Virus record (IMG/VR): IMGVR_UViG_2860837431_000002
Location: 62,001 to 126,000 of that record
Reading direction: 5' to 3' (one strand)
Length of the DNA stretch: 64,000 bases
Source of the DNA: an uncultured virus (IMG/VR IMGVR_UViG_2860837431_000002)
Lineage: Duplodnaviria > Heunggongvirae > Uroviricota > Caudoviricetes
In this document: positions 29,426 to 39,763 of the stretch, piece by piece
How the letters are laid out: every line of letters starts with the position of its first letter
Position numbering within the stretch: position 1 is the stretch's first letter
Made by a program: the position numbers and the translations under genes
The notes under the pieces: generated by a model
Told to the model about the DNA's origin: nothing
The model's database searches: none
Seen by the model: the letters and a program-made list of their open reading frames with translations, nothing else

Positions 29426-29928
29426 GCATGACTGTTGAACAGATGACAAAAGTCTTCAGATTAGTTATGGATGATGTTGAACTGAATCGGCTCTTGTATT
29501 ACAAAACTGATCCTCTCTCCCCTTCTCATCCAGATGTTCAATCACTCGAAAATTATTATGACTCCACAAATGACTCTCCCGCTATAATCAATACCATATT
29601 CAAGCGAGCACCTAAAACAGATGATCTATCGGATTCACCATTATGTAGGATGTGTATTTATTTAGGGAATGCATTTCCTAAGCCGACAAATCAAAGCTTT
29701 ATGTTGTTAAATCAAGAATTGATGATCGATGTATACACACACATTAATACATTTGAGATATCTGAGTATCGAAGTTTGAAAATCATCGACAGGGTTTCAA
29801 AATTATTTTTCAATAAAAATATTGCTGGTTTTGGTGTAACAGTAGATTATAAACGTTTGCTTATTAGTAATCCCCCTGACGGATACTTGGGCTACAAGAT
29901 GATCTTTACTTTTGGAGCAAATAAATGA
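29422..29928 (+). CDS. yomW: Probable tail terminator/completion protein
   Basis: 168 aa, ATGA overlap. Confidence 0.7.
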   Translation: MSMTVEQMTKVFRLVMDDVELNRLLYYKTDPLSPSHPDVQSLENYYDSTNDSPAIINTIFKRAPKTDDLSDSPLCRMCIYLGNAFPKPTNQSFMLLNQELMIDVYTHINTFEISEYRSLKIIDRVSKLFFNKNIAGFGVTVDYKRLLISNPPDGYLGYKMIFTFGANK

Positions 29929-30635
29929 ATGAGTTAAAGGATTTCTTTTTCTTAGGAAAACCGATCCAGACTGAAATAGGTGAGATTGATTTCATCCGCT
30001 TAAAAGATTATCCTCTCTACACCAAAGAACTAAGCATGTTGAGGATGAATAAGAAAAGTCTCATTAAAGAATACTCTAGGTTTAATGAGGATGGCTCGCT
30101 TGACCCATTTATCATTGAAATGAAAAAGAGAGATCTTTATGAAATTGTACATTCGGTACTCCCTGATTTTCACGAGGCTTATTTCAAAGTTTTTTCAAAA
30201 GTATTGATAAACAAGGATTCCCTATCGTTGATTGGAAAACATAATTTTCCCCGTCTCCGAAAACTAATACTAGACATGCATTGTATCACTGAAGACAAGG
30301 TCGTTGACAATGATGAACTTCAGGAGTTCCATGATATAAGTAAATCACTCAAGCAACAAGATTCTCAAAGTGATTTAAAGGATATAGTAAGCTGTGTTGC
30401 TGCATTTAACGGATACACGTATGAAGAAATATCTGAAATGACGATGTATCAACTATATTTGTCGTTCTACAGGATGGCTGAAGTTATGAATTATAACACA
30501 ACCACACTTTTTGCTACCGTCTCTCCTGATGTCAAAGTAAGTGATTGGAGCAGTCACATTAATCTTTACAAGGAAGAGTCTTATCACCTGAGCACTAAAG
30601 ATGCTAAAAATATCGAGCAATTATTTGGAGGCTAA
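29925..30635 (+). CDS. yomV: Hypothetical tail-region protein
   Basis: 236 aa; synteny. Confidence 0.7.
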   Translation: MNELKDFFFLGKPIQTEIGEIDFIRLKDYPLYTKELSMLRMNKKSLIKEYSRFNEDGSLDPFIIEMKKRDLYEIVHSVLPDFHEAYFKVFSKVLINKDSLSLIGKHNFPRLRKLILDMHCITEDKVVDNDELQEFHDISKSLKQQDSQSDLKDIVSCVAAFNGYTYEEISEMTMYQLYLSFYRMAEVMNYNTTTLFATVSPDVKVSDWSSHINLYKEESYHLSTKDAKNIEQLFGG

Positions 30636-30677
30636 TTAACTTTAGTCTCTTTTTATTTTTATTTAGGAGGAAACAAT

Positions 30678-31475
30678 TTGGCAAAACAAACAGTAATCCA
30701 TGAAGTTGGAAAAATTACAGCTAAACGTCTGAGCGATAATAAGGTTATTGCTTCAGGTGTTACACAAATGACTCAGTTTTCCCAACAAGTTCAACAAGAC
30801 TTTTTAAAAGGCGGATGGGGTAACCGAGACCTGTATGTTATTAATTCAAGTAAAGAAGTATCGGGTAATGTCCGAAATGCTTTCTTTGATCTTGATTTCA
30901 TGGCAATGCAGCAAGGCGTAAAAATTGAAAACGAAACAATTTCTGTGTGGGAAGATGAAAGCCTAAATGTTAGTGATACTGGTACAGTTACCCTTTCATA
31001 TCTCCCATTGTCTAAAGTTTCATTAACTAACGAAGATGGAGATCAAATTGAAGTTGACGCTGCATCTAAAACAGTTACTGTGCCCGATACCTTTGCAACC
31101 AAGGGTGAAGCTTTAGCAGTTCATTATCAAATTGAAGTTGAAGCCGAGACTGTTGAAATTAACGGTGAAAAATTCTCTGAGAATTACTACTTTGAAATTC
31201 ACACAATTGAATACGATCCTAAGACTTCAAAAATCTACAGTGACCTTTATATTCAGCTCCCTAAAGTAAACTTCTCTGGTGAAGCAGATATGTCATTTGA
31301 AGCAGGAAATGCATACACTCCGGAAATCGGCTATCGAGCCCTTGCTGATAATAACGGAAAAATCGGTAACTTTGCTCGTGTGAAACGTAAAGCTGATGGG
31401 ACAAAGGGCGTTGTCACTAGTGATGAAGGAACTGGCTCATCTCAAAGTTCAGATCTTGGCGGAACAACTGAATAA
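30678..31475 (+). CDS. yomU: Probable major tail tube protein
   Basis: 265 aa beta-rich protein, strong SD; synteny. Confidence 0.75.
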   Translation: MAKQTVIHEVGKITAKRLSDNKVIASGVTQMTQFSQQVQQDFLKGGWGNRDLYVINSSKEVSGNVRNAFFDLDFMAMQQGVKIENETISVWEDESLNVSDTGTVTLSYLPLSKVSLTNEDGDQIEVDAASKTVTVPDTFATKGEALAVHYQIEVEAETVEINGEKFSENYYFEIHTIEYDPKTSKIYSDLYIQLPKVNFSGEADMSFEAGNAYTPEIGYRALADNNGKIGNFARVKRKADGTKGVVTSDEGTGSSQSSDLGGTTE

Positions 31476-31492
31476 TTAAGGAGGCGTTTATT

Positions 31493-32104
31493 ATTGCTTT
31501 TTTAAACCAGGACGGTGATAAATACACCTCTGCAAAAGATGATGGGACAGGTAATCCCATAACAGCTGTATCAATTGAACGTTCCACTGTCCCCTTGGAG
31601 GTTGGTCTAAATAATGACCAGCCTCTTAATGTTAATGTGGCCAACACTGCACTTGATGTAAATATAACTAATACGGCTTCTGTCCCTGTTTTGGTTAAAA
31701 ACACTGCAGCAATTAAAACCCAAGTTCAAAAATCCTATTCTGAATTTGTTGTTACTGATGCTGATACCGTAGCTACAGGTGCAACTAAGTCTTATACAGT
31801 TGATCTAATCGATTCACTTGGTGTTTTCAGAACTTACGGTGTTGCTATGTACACAACTCAAACAGACAGCTCAAACAGCAAAGTTTTAGCAAGTATTTAT
31901 TCCGTACCGAAAAACATCCCATTTTATTCTGCAACTACATCAGGTAATGATAATTCTGTTCTATTCAACAGCATTGCCTTTGTTCAGAATTACCCTTTGC
32001 AAAAACAATTAACTTTTACTGCCCCAAAAATACATCTGACCGTTAAAGCAGCCGGTACAGTTGATCTAACTGGGTTAAAAATCGTTGTTTGGGGGATGGA
32101 ATAA
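31493..32104 (+). CDS. youA: Structural protein, probable non-canonical ATT start
   Basis: AAGGAGG at 31478-31484 then ATT 31493, in frame with ORF 31595-32104. Confidence 0.65.
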   Translation: MAFLNQDGDKYTSAKDDGTGNPITAVSIERSTVPLEVGLNNDQPLNVNVANTALDVNITNTASVPVLVKNTAAIKTQVQKSYSEFVVTDADTVATGATKSYTVDLIDSLGVFRTYGVAMYTTQTDSSNSKVLASIYSVPKNIPFYSATTSGNDNSVLFNSIAFVQNYPLQKQLTFTAPKIHLTVKAAGTVDLTGLKIVVWGME

Positions 32105-32331
32105 TGACATTTGATGAAGTATGTGGTTTGTTCAAACAATTTGATGGCCTGGAACAAAAATTCCTATTGCTATCAGATGGATCCTATATCAGTGTTGATG
32201 ATTTCAAGCAGCGTTTTGAAGGCGACTTCAATGAGTACGAACCTTTAAGTTCGCTTCAGTCATCTCCTTCTTCTACCCCAGCTTGGGAAGGTATATGGAA
32301 TAAGCTACAAGAGGATGGGCTTTTTGAATAA
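32104..32331 (+). CDS. yomT: Hypothetical protein
   Basis: 75 aa, TAATG overlap. Confidence 0.7.
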   Translation: MTFDEVCGLFKQFDGLEQKFLLLSDGSYISVDDFKQRFEGDFNEYEPLSSLQSSPSSTPAWEGIWNKLQEDGLFE

Positions 32332-32349
32332 GTCCTCCCCTCTTGTTTT

Positions 32350-32377
32350 TCTAGATAAAAGACAGTTTTTATTCAAA
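32350..32377. repeat. 28-bp dyad site, copy 5
   Basis: TCTAGATAAAA-GACAGT-TTTTATTCAAA. Confidence 0.85.
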
Positions 32378-32394
32378 TTAAGGAGGTGGAGTTG

Positions 32395-32751
32395 TTGACA
32401 GAAACGACTGAAAATGTCGTAATCACGATTCCAGACAAAACTTCATTTACATTTCACGAAGCCACAACTTCCCCATCTGAAGGTGAAGAATTTGTAGTTG
32501 GTCATTTTCGGGAACTTACTGTTAAGATCTCCGGTTCCTCAACTTCACGAGAAATAAAGTTTTATGCAGTTGATGAAAATGGCGAAAAAACTGAACTTAG
32601 TGGCACCAATAAAACAGATTTCCAACTTGGAAGCAGTACTTTAAATACTAATGAGTATTGGGACTTTGACATTGCTGGATTGTTTAAAGTTATGTTCGAA
32701 GTTGTTTCTGTTACTGGTGATGTAACTGTTAAAGGGATTGCGGTGAGTTAA
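32395..32751 (+). CDS. yomS: XepA-like beta-sandwich protein
   Basis: 118 aa; FTFHEA...W.FDIAG motifs; synteny. Confidence 0.75.
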   Translation: MTETTENVVITIPDKTSFTFHEATTSPSEGEEFVVGHFRELTVKISGSSTSREIKFYAVDENGEKTELSGTNKTDFQLGSSTLNTNEYWDFDIAGLFKVMFEVVSVTGDVTVKGIAVS

Positions 32752-32752
32752 G

Positions 32753-33970
32753 ATGAGTAGTAGTAGATACGTTGGACAACTCAAACAAAACAATATTCAG
32801 ATCAACTCATTAAGGGAATCTAATGACAGAGCTGAAAAACATATGCTTGAGCACGAACAAACTTTAACAGAAAAAACAAATTTGTTTATGGAGTATCAAC
32901 AGAATGAGCTCAAGAAACATACTGATGATAAGTCTAATCCTCATTTAGTCACCAAAGAGCAGGTTGGTTTGGGCAATGTTTTAAATAATGTCCAAGCAAC
33001 TAAAGAGGAATTTGACGAACACCTAAACGATACTCTCAACCCCCATTCTGTAACTAAAAGCCAAGTTGGTTTAGCAAATGTCCTGAATGAAAAACAAGCA
33101 ACTAAAACTGAATTTGATCAACATGCTCAAGATACAATTATTCATATAACAGCAGCCGAAAGAACCACTTGGAATGCAGCTGAAAGTAATTCCAAAAAGT
33201 ATACTGACGCACATTCTCAGAACACAAACAATCCTCATAAAGTAACTGCAATTCAGGTCGGGTTAGGAAACCTTACGAATGATAAACAAGCGACAAAATT
33301 AGAATTTGATGCACACACAAAAGATAATGAGCGCCATATCACCAATGCTGAAAGAAACAAATGGAATTCGGCTCAATTAACAAAAATATCAGGCGACGAT
33401 GGACAACCGCTAGTTTCTATAACAAGCGACTTTCATTCTGAACTTTTGAATTCCCCTACTTTAACATATTTCGGTTATGATAAGGCTGCCCTAGAGGCAC
33501 CTCCAAGTAATGGGCGGGGATTTTGGACATGTAGTGCTGATAAACTTTATGGTCAAGCTATTGTTCTGACTAATGATAATAAGACTTACAGAAAATCATT
33601 GATAAACGGAGCATGGTCAAGCTGGGAACGATTGATAAGTAGCAGTGAAATTGATAATGTGCCTTGGTTAAGCGTTACATATAAAAATGGCGCAAAGACT
33701 GGTTCTAGGCCACTTCTATATCGTAAAGTAGCTGGAACTTTACAGCTTAGTGGGCACGTTGTAACTAACCGAGATGTAGTATTTGCTTCTATTCCAACTG
33801 AATTTTCTCCAACGCAAGGTGCTGTTAAGTCTGTTGAAGTAAGTGGAACTTTTGGCAAAAGCAAATTATTTGTAAATCCTAATGGAGACCTTCAGCTAAG
33901 TGGGGTATCGGCTGACAATAGTGCTGCAATAACTGGTTACTACATAGATGTAGTTGTTCCGTTGAATTAG
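32753..33970 (+). CDS. yomR: Tail fibre/receptor-binding-like protein
   Basis: Three NPHxVTxxQVGLxN repeats plus a C-terminal domain. Confidence 0.8.
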   Translation: MSSSRYVGQLKQNNIQINSLRESNDRAEKHMLEHEQTLTEKTNLFMEYQQNELKKHTDDKSNPHLVTKEQVGLGNVLNNVQATKEEFDEHLNDTLNPHSVTKSQVGLANVLNEKQATKTEFDQHAQDTIIHITAAERTTWNAAESNSKKYTDAHSQNTNNPHKVTAIQVGLGNLTNDKQATKLEFDAHTKDNERHITNAERNKWNSAQLTKISGDDGQPLVSITSDFHSELLNSPTLTYFGYDKAALEAPPSNGRGFWTCSADKLYGQAIVLTNDNKTYRKSLINGAWSSWERLISSSEIDNVPWLSVTYKNGAKTGSRPLLYRKVAGTLQLSGHVVTNRDVVFASIPTEFSPTQGAVKSVEVSGTFGKSKLFVNPNGDLQLSGVSADNSAAITGYYIDVVVPLN

Positions 33971-33980
33971 GAGGTAAGGC

Positions 33981-34331
33981 ATGATACAAGTCTATAAATA
34001 TGACGAAAATTTTATGTTCGTTGAACCCCTAGTTGTAACTGAAATGGATGAAAAGGGAGATTATATTTTTCCCGATAATTGCACTTCTGTTCCATTACCT
34101 GACTCTCCCTCCTATTACCTTCCACGATTTGATTTATCAAAACAAGTTTGGATTGAAACAGCCTCTCAAGAATACATAGACAGCCTCTCACCACTCCCTG
34201 AAGAACCTTCTGATGTGGAATTACTTGGACAATCACTAGCTGAAGCCAGAATTTTAATCTTAAAACAAAATCGCCTAATCTTAAATTTACAAAATGAAGT
34301 TAAAAACTTGAAAGATGGGACAACAGCATGA
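33981..34331 (+). CDS. yomQ: Tail fibre assembly-like protein
   Basis: MIQVYKYDENF...YLPRFD...W; synteny. Confidence 0.75.
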   Translation: MIQVYKYDENFMFVEPLVVTEMDEKGDYIFPDNCTSVPLPDSPSYYLPRFDLSKQVWIETASQEYIDSLSPLPEEPSDVELLGQSLAEARILILKQNRLILNLQNEVKNLKDGTTA

Positions 34332-34519
34332 GCAATTTTTGGGTTATAGCCCTAAACAAAAACTGGGCAACTCTTGATCAGGTTAAAGAAGCTTATTATT
34401 ACGATGATGTAACTAAGGAAGAACTCAAAGAAGGAGTAGACAATAACTTAATTACTCCTGAACAATATCAAGAAATTGTTGGGGAAGCCTATACTTCAGT
34501 TACCTTATCTACAGAATAA
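34328..34519 (+). CDS. yomP: XkdX-family protein
   Basis: ITPEQYQEIVGEAY motif. Confidence 0.85.
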   Translation: MSNFWVIALNKNWATLDQVKEAYYYDDVTKEELKEGVDNNLITPEQYQEIVGEAYTSVTLSTE

Positions 34520-34568
34520 ACACGTTATCATTGTTTGCTCAAAATGAGGATATTAAGGAGGATATTAA

Positions 34569-35069
34569 ATGGCATCAAAAAAATTGAATTTAAGTTTAAT
34601 TGAGGAAAGTGTCAATAAGTACGACAAGAAAGAAAAAGTCCAATTAACCGATGATGTACATGTATTCATCTACCCATACTTTTCTCCTTCTCGGTTAACA
34701 AAAATGCTAACTGAAATGATCTCTGATCAACAAAAAGCTGAAGATAAAGGTATTGATTTTAGTAAAATCAACACTGTTCAATGGGTATTCTTTTCTATTG
34801 TCAAAGAATTTTCAGATTTGGGGATTCCTAATGACATCAAAAATAAAGTTAAATGGTACCTTAAGCTTGTAGATTCCGAATTCTTCCCTATGATTATTAA
34901 CAGTTTTCCAAAAGAAAGTATGAAGAAACTTAAAGATGCAACAAAAGTTTTAGAAAAAATCACTGAAGACTTGTTAACTATGAGCCACCAGGAAATCAAC
35001 AAGCTTATTCTAGAAAAGGTAGAAGAAATAGAGACTGGTTCTGGTGAAGTTAGTGGCGAAAACAATTAA
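34569..35069 (+). CDS. yomO: Hypothetical protein (possible tail chaperone)
   Basis: 166 aa; synteny. Confidence 0.7.
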   Translation: MASKKLNLSLIEESVNKYDKKEKVQLTDDVHVFIYPYFSPSRLTKMLTEMISDQQKAEDKGIDFSKINTVQWVFFSIVKEFSDLGIPNDIKNKVKWYLKLVDSEFFPMIINSFPKESMKKLKDATKVLEKITEDLLTMSHQEINKLILEKVEEIETGSGEVSGENN

Positions 35070-35472
35070 AGATATCAAAGCTATGGTTGAACAAGCTGCA
35101 ATTCAATCAATTCATAAGTCTTCCTCTAATGTGAAACAAATTATGGTAAAAACAGGACAAGAGCATATTGTTGAAGATGTTTACGGTGCATATGATCCCC
35201 TACTTTATGAACGCACAGGACAAGTTAAAGATGCCTTTATAACCACCAACGAAAGCAACGGGGTGTCATTGGACAATATTAGAGAAGATGATGGAAAAGA
35301 CATTGCTACAGTTATTGAAACCGGGCAGGGGTATACATACCCTGATTCATATGGATATGGATACGGTAACCCTCGTCCTTTTATGAAGAATACCTCTGAG
35401 ACCTTAAGAGATGGACGATTAACCGCAGCGCTAAAAAAAGATTTAAAAGCAGATGGTATTAAAACAGACTAA
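35053..35472 (+). CDS. yomN: Tail completion-like protein
   Basis: YERTGQ...PRPFM motifs. Confidence 0.7.
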   Translation: MAKTIKDIKAMVEQAAIQSIHKSSSNVKQIMVKTGQEHIVEDVYGAYDPLLYERTGQVKDAFITTNESNGVSLDNIREDDGKDIATVIETGQGYTYPDSYGYGYGNPRPFMKNTSETLRDGRLTAALKKDLKADGIKTD

Positions 35473-35485
35473 TGGTGGTGAATTA

Positions 35486-36487
35486 ATGACCAAACCAATT
35501 GAAAAGAATATGCTCAGATCTCGAGCAATAAAACTCCCCGAGGTCACGGAATCAATGTGGGAGCAAGTAGATGAAGAGCACAGAAACTTGGTTCAAGAGT
35601 TTTTAGATGCTCATTCATTTAGAGATAAAACACGAAAGCAGTATTACTCCTCCCTTCGCCAATTCTTTTGGTGGGTACATACCTCTCTTAACGGGAAAAA
35701 ACTTTATAAGATCTCAAAGCGTGATTTCATTAGGTATCAAAGTTTCTTAAAGAATCGTGGGATGTCTTCAAGTGGGATTGCTTTAAAAAAAGCCGGTGTA
35801 TCATCGTTAAATAATTATATCGAAAATGTTGTTGCAGAAGATGATCATAATTATGAGAAATTCAGAAATTTCACCCGCGGGCTTCCAGCTATTCCTAAAA
35901 CCACTACCTATGAAAAAGTTAAAGTTACATATGATGATTATAAACTGATGATGGACGCCCTAAAAGAGGACGAAAATTATTTGGGGATGGCATGGCTTGC
36001 TACTGCCTTTAATGTTGGCGGGCGAAGAGCAGAACTCATACAGTTAAAAACAGAAATATTAGATTACCCTGTTCCAGAGGGTCAGTCATACGTGATGAGT
36101 CATAAGGTATTTGGAAAAGGTAAAGGTGAAGGAAAACCTCTTGAGTACATGATTAACACAGAAGCACTGGAGTATCTTCGCTTATGGCATGAAAAACGTG
36201 GCTATGATCATGAATACCTCTTCACTACTCAGTATGGCGGAGAGCCTAAACAGATGTCAGAGTCTTGGGCTGATTATTTTTGCTCTGATGTGTTATCAGA
36301 CATCCTTGGTCGACGTATAAACCCCCACCTCTTTAAAGCTTCGTGCATCACTTATCTCCTAGAAGTTAAGAAAATCAAAATTGAATTGATAAGCAAATAT
36401 GTAGCTCATCATGAAGATGTCTCAACAACAATCAAACATTATGATTTACGGGATTTTGAAGAAGAAAAAAATCAAATATTTGTTTAG
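35486..36487 (+). CDS. yomM: Tyrosine recombinase family protein
   Basis: SAM-like N-terminus; GGRRAEL, GKG, PHLFKAS, AHHEDVSTT, HY catalytic motifs. Confidence 0.88.
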   Translation: MTKPIEKNMLRSRAIKLPEVTESMWEQVDEEHRNLVQEFLDAHSFRDKTRKQYYSSLRQFFWWVHTSLNGKKLYKISKRDFIRYQSFLKNRGMSSSGIALKKAGVSSLNNYIENVVAEDDHNYEKFRNFTRGLPAIPKTTTYEKVKVTYDDYKLMMDALKEDENYLGMAWLATAFNVGGRRAELIQLKTEILDYPVPEGQSYVMSHKVFGKGKGEGKPLEYMINTEALEYLRLWHEKRGYDHEYLFTTQYGGEPKQMSESWADYFCSDVLSDILGRRINPHLFKASCITYLLEVKKIKIELISKYVAHHEDVSTTIKHYDLRDFEEEKNQIFV

Positions 36488-36489
36488 TT

Positions 36490-36819
36490 TTAAGCACCAC
36501 AAATACATCCTGTTGAATCTCCAGTGCTCCACCTTTTACAAAATCTATTTCCGGTACAATCTCCAAAACAACCATTGTCCCCCATCGTTCCACAATGAAC
36601 TAAGTTTAAATCAACTTCACTCGGTGAAATCCCTAAATATTTTGCAACAATATGTATATATTCTTCCTCCTCCATCGGAGCCCAATAGTTCTTACCATCT
36701 ATTTCGATAATTTTCCACCCGAATTTAGAATACATGTATTCTGGAATGGATGGCATTTCAGTTTCAAAAAAGACTTTTTCTCCTTTTTCATATACTCTGA
36801 TTCCATGGATTACTTTCAC
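36490..36819 (-). CDS. yozP: Small protein with a Cys-rich C-terminus
   Basis: GGAGGAG SD, GTG 36819, six Cys in the C-terminus. Confidence 0.75.
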   Translation of the reverse strand: MKVIHGIRVYEKGEKVFFETEMPSIPEYMYSKFGWKIIEIDGKNYWAPMEEEEYIHIVAKYLGISPSEVDLNLVHCGTMGDNGCFGDCTGNRFCKRWSTGDSTGCICGA

Positions 36820-36880
36820 GATATCTCCTCCAATTGATAATTTGAGCTTAGTGTTAACCATTAGAGAAATTCTATTCAAT

Positions 36881-36908
36881 TCAGCATAAAATCCCTCTTT
36901 TATGCAGA
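36881..36908. repeat. 28-bp dyad site, copy 6
   Basis: TCAGCATAAAA-TCCCTC-TTTTATGCAGA. Confidence 0.85.
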
Positions 36909-36998
36909 ATCAAGATTCCTCATCTGAGGGATTTTGCTTAAGTATAAAAGATTGTTAAAATTTCCCCATTTTAGTCGATAATCACTTTGAGGTGATTA

Positions 36999-37466
36999 AT
37001 GATAATGTGGCCATTTAAGAAAAAAATCGAGATAAAGTATAAAGATGTTAAAGAATGGACCAAAGAAGACGCTAAACACTTTTTCTTAACTTCATCTGAA
37101 GAGCAATTTCATCAGTTTATAGAATCGAATTTTTCAATAAAGTCTGAAGGGAATTCTATTGATATGTTAGATCTTTTAAGAAGTCTTGACAATGACGGTT
37201 TATTTTATGGCATTGCAAAAGCAACAAAAGTCGAATCACAATTTGATCACTCAAAATACTTTGCAGCAATTGTTGCTTTAATTGCACTTTCAGCAAAGTT
37301 TTATTTAGAGGTTAACTTCTGGTGGGCTTTCATTGTAACAACATTAATAATATTAGTATTGTTGAAAATGATAGCTAGGGAAACACGTAGACGAATTAGC
37401 GCCGTTTATTTAAAGAGTCTGCTTGAACAGGTTAAAGATGAGAATGTTAAAGGAAAGGCATCTTAA
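36999..37466 (+). CDS. Accessory two-TM membrane protein
   Basis: 155 aa, GAGGTG SD, own terminator ~37456-37481. Confidence 0.8.
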   Translation: MIMWPFKKKIEIKYKDVKEWTKEDAKHFFLTSSEEQFHQFIESNFSIKSEGNSIDMLDLLRSLDNDGLFYGIAKATKVESQFDHSKYFAAIVALIALSAKFYLEVNFWWAFIVTTLIILVLLKMIARETRRRISAVYLKSLLEQVKDENVKGKAS

Positions 37467-37616
37467 CTGATGTCTTTTTTATTCATAGTGAATCTTTTAC
37501 CACTCTTCTAAAAAATAAAATTAAAGGAGTGTCAGGATGTATTGAATATAAACACTACATAAAATAAGAAAGAGGAATGCATTAAGCGTTCCTCTTCATT
37601 TGGTTAAATTCTGTTG

Positions 37617-37811
37617 CTAATTCGCTATGGGCCTTTTACTTTTGAATAATCGTACGATAAAGGTGAACGCCGATGAACAAATCAAGCTAACCAACAACAA
37701 ATTCAAAATTGAAATGACTTGTAATCCATCAGTGTTTAATTGAAATCCGAAAAACAAAGCAAAAAAGAGAAATGAAAATGCGAAGGTCTTAGAAAGAAAA
37801 AACTGTTTCAT
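37617..37811 (-). CDS. Small two-TM membrane protein
   Basis: 64 aa, AAGGAGGTG SD. Confidence 0.75.
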   Translation of the reverse strand: MKQFFLSKTFAFSFLFFALFFGFQLNTDGLQVISILNLLLVSLICSSAFTFIVRLFKSKRPIAN

Positions 37812-37833
37812 AATAAAATATCACCTCCTTTGT

Positions 37834-38667
37834 TTATTTTACGCTTGTTTTCTTATAAACTGTTCCTTTTTTATTGCCTGTTAAATAAACTTTGATATAT
37901 TGATCTTGGACTACCAAGCCATAACCATTAATTTCGAGACCAAAGTGGAAATTTCCTCTTCCGTAAACCTCAGCGTAATTAGATCCTTTTTTATATGTGC
38001 TCTTTTGCCAGTTGGAAACTTGCCAGATGGACAAGAAGCCTCTTGTATACCAGGCATCATTTAACTTCGGTTTAACATCGGTACCATTATATTGGAAATA
38101 CCCCTTTGTCTTAACTGTGAAAAGCTTCATATTTAAAAAGTTTTTGGCCGTATAGCTATGTGTGTATGTTTTTGTGTTTTTATATTTTGCTGCTGCTATT
38201 TCAACATCGGATGAAGTTGGTGGTGTTTCTTCTTCGGTGGTAAACTCAATGAAGTAAACTGGAGTATTTGTGAATGTAACGGAGATGTTTTCGTTAAGTT
38301 TGTGTGTGGTGAATTGACCTATATCAACGTTTGATTGGATGTACTTATCAATATCAAGTTCTTTTTTTGTGTTGTCAACATTCGGTAATATTGTTTTGCT
38401 GTTAGTTTCAACATAATATTTTGTCAAAGCCTTTTCGGTGAATTCGTTTTTAGAATTGAACTGATCTACTGCATTTTCTAATTGTTCTTCATCTTGAGGA
38501 TTAGAGATTTTTAGTGTAACTAAAAGCAAATCTTGATATTCTTGAATTGAATTGATCTCATTCTTTTCGCTTGCACTTGCTGTTTTACTTCCAGTGGCAA
38601 ATGTGAAAGATGACAGAATTAACACGAAACCCAAAATAGAAAAAAGTGTTTTTTTAAATTTCCCCAT
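37834..38667 (-). CDS. Secreted accessory protein (yomL position)
   Basis: Sec signal peptide ending ASA; 277 aa. Confidence 0.85.
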   Translation of the reverse strand: MGKFKKTLFSILGFVLILSSFTFATGSKTASASEKNEINSIQEYQDLLLVTLKISNPQDEEQLENAVDQFNSKNEFTEKALTKYYVETNSKTILPNVDNTKKELDIDKYIQSNVDIGQFTTHKLNENISVTFTNTPVYFIEFTTEEETPPTSSDVEIAAAKYKNTKTYTHSYTAKNFLNMKLFTVKTKGYFQYNGTDVKPKLNDAWYTRGFLSIWQVSNWQKSTYKKGSNYAEVYGRGNFHFGLEINGYGLVVQDQYIKVYLTGNKKGTVYKKTSVK

Positions 38668-39026
38668 AGTAACAGCTCCTTTTTTGATTGATAATAGAGC
38701 CTTCTATGTTGATCAAACCTGTTGTAGGCATTTTATAATATGTCCCTCCTTTCAATTAGAACCATAACATATAATCTATGTCCAATTCTATACATTTTAG
38801 CAATTTTAAGGTAATATTATTTACTCATAAGTGAATGACATCCAATAATCACAATAGGACATATAAACTATTCCCTTTCTAGTGAAGGGAATTTAATATT
38901 GATATATTAGAGAGCCATTTTTATAACAATAGATAGCAGGTAAAGGCACGTTCTATTCATCCCACTCTGTTCTAAACTTTTGGCAACAGTGGTATAATGT
39001 AGGAAAATGATACCGGCGGTGGTTGA

Positions 39027-39710
39027 ATGGGATATAAGTTAATGGCTTATGGTGGCTATTTTTTATTCTGTCTTTTCTTTTTGTTAATGGATGGCTGGAG
39101 AGGCATGGGAATTTGCTTAATAATTGCAGGATTAGCCCTATTAGCACTTGAACCTTATAAAATTAAAAGCCAAAAACATATAGATAAACTAAAAGAAAAT
39201 GCGGAAACACTTAAGCACTTCGACGTTGGTTTTAATCCAGACAATTTCTTTAATACTTACAAAACTAAAATTGCTTTTAAAGAATCTGATTCTCTTGTGA
39301 AAATATATCAGCTTAATAGAGATGAACATATTGAAGAATACACAATCCCTTTTTCTAATATTATTGAATCCGAAATTACTTTGGACAATCAAATAATTTC
39401 TAAAGTATCAAAATCGGGAATTGTAGCTGGTGGCCTGTTAGCTGGAGGCATTGGAGCTGCACTTGGAGGGTTGTCTGCCTCTTCAATACAAAATGAAATG
39501 GTCAAATCCGTCACGCTAAAGATTACTGTTGAAGACCTAAGTAAACCTATCCATTACATCGATTTTCTCCCCACACAAGAAGTTGAAGGGTATAATACTC
39601 AGGGGTATAAGAAAGATAGCAATATCATTCAACAAGCACTTAAGAATGCAGAATATTGGCATGGTGTTATGGATGTAATTATTAAGAAAGCAAACAAAGT
39701 CGCTCAATAA
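39027..39710 (+). CDS. yomJ: Membrane protein YomJ
   Basis: 227 aa, N-terminal TM helices, glycine zipper [14 protein letters not shown]. Confidence 0.8.
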   Translation: MGYKLMAYGGYFLFCLFFLLMDGWRGMGICLIIAGLALLALEPYKIKSQKHIDKLKENAETLKHFDVGFNPDNFFNTYKTKIAFKESDSLVKIYQLNRDEHIEEYTIPFSNIIESEITLDNQIISKVSKSGIVAGGLLAGGIGAALGGLSASSIQNEMVKSVTLKITVEDLSKPIHYIDFLPTQEVEGYNTQGYKKDSNIIQQALKNAEYWHGVMDVIIKKANKVAQ

Positions 39711-39763
39711 CTGAGTGGCTTTTTTCTTTGTCCTCTCCCCTACTGAAAGGAAGTGATTCTTAC

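Noticed and set aside
32900..33370. DNA-level repeats in yomR as diversity-generating or invertible elements
   Set aside because: They are degenerate protein repeats (NPHxVT...QVGL); no RT, template repeat or inverted crossover sites seen
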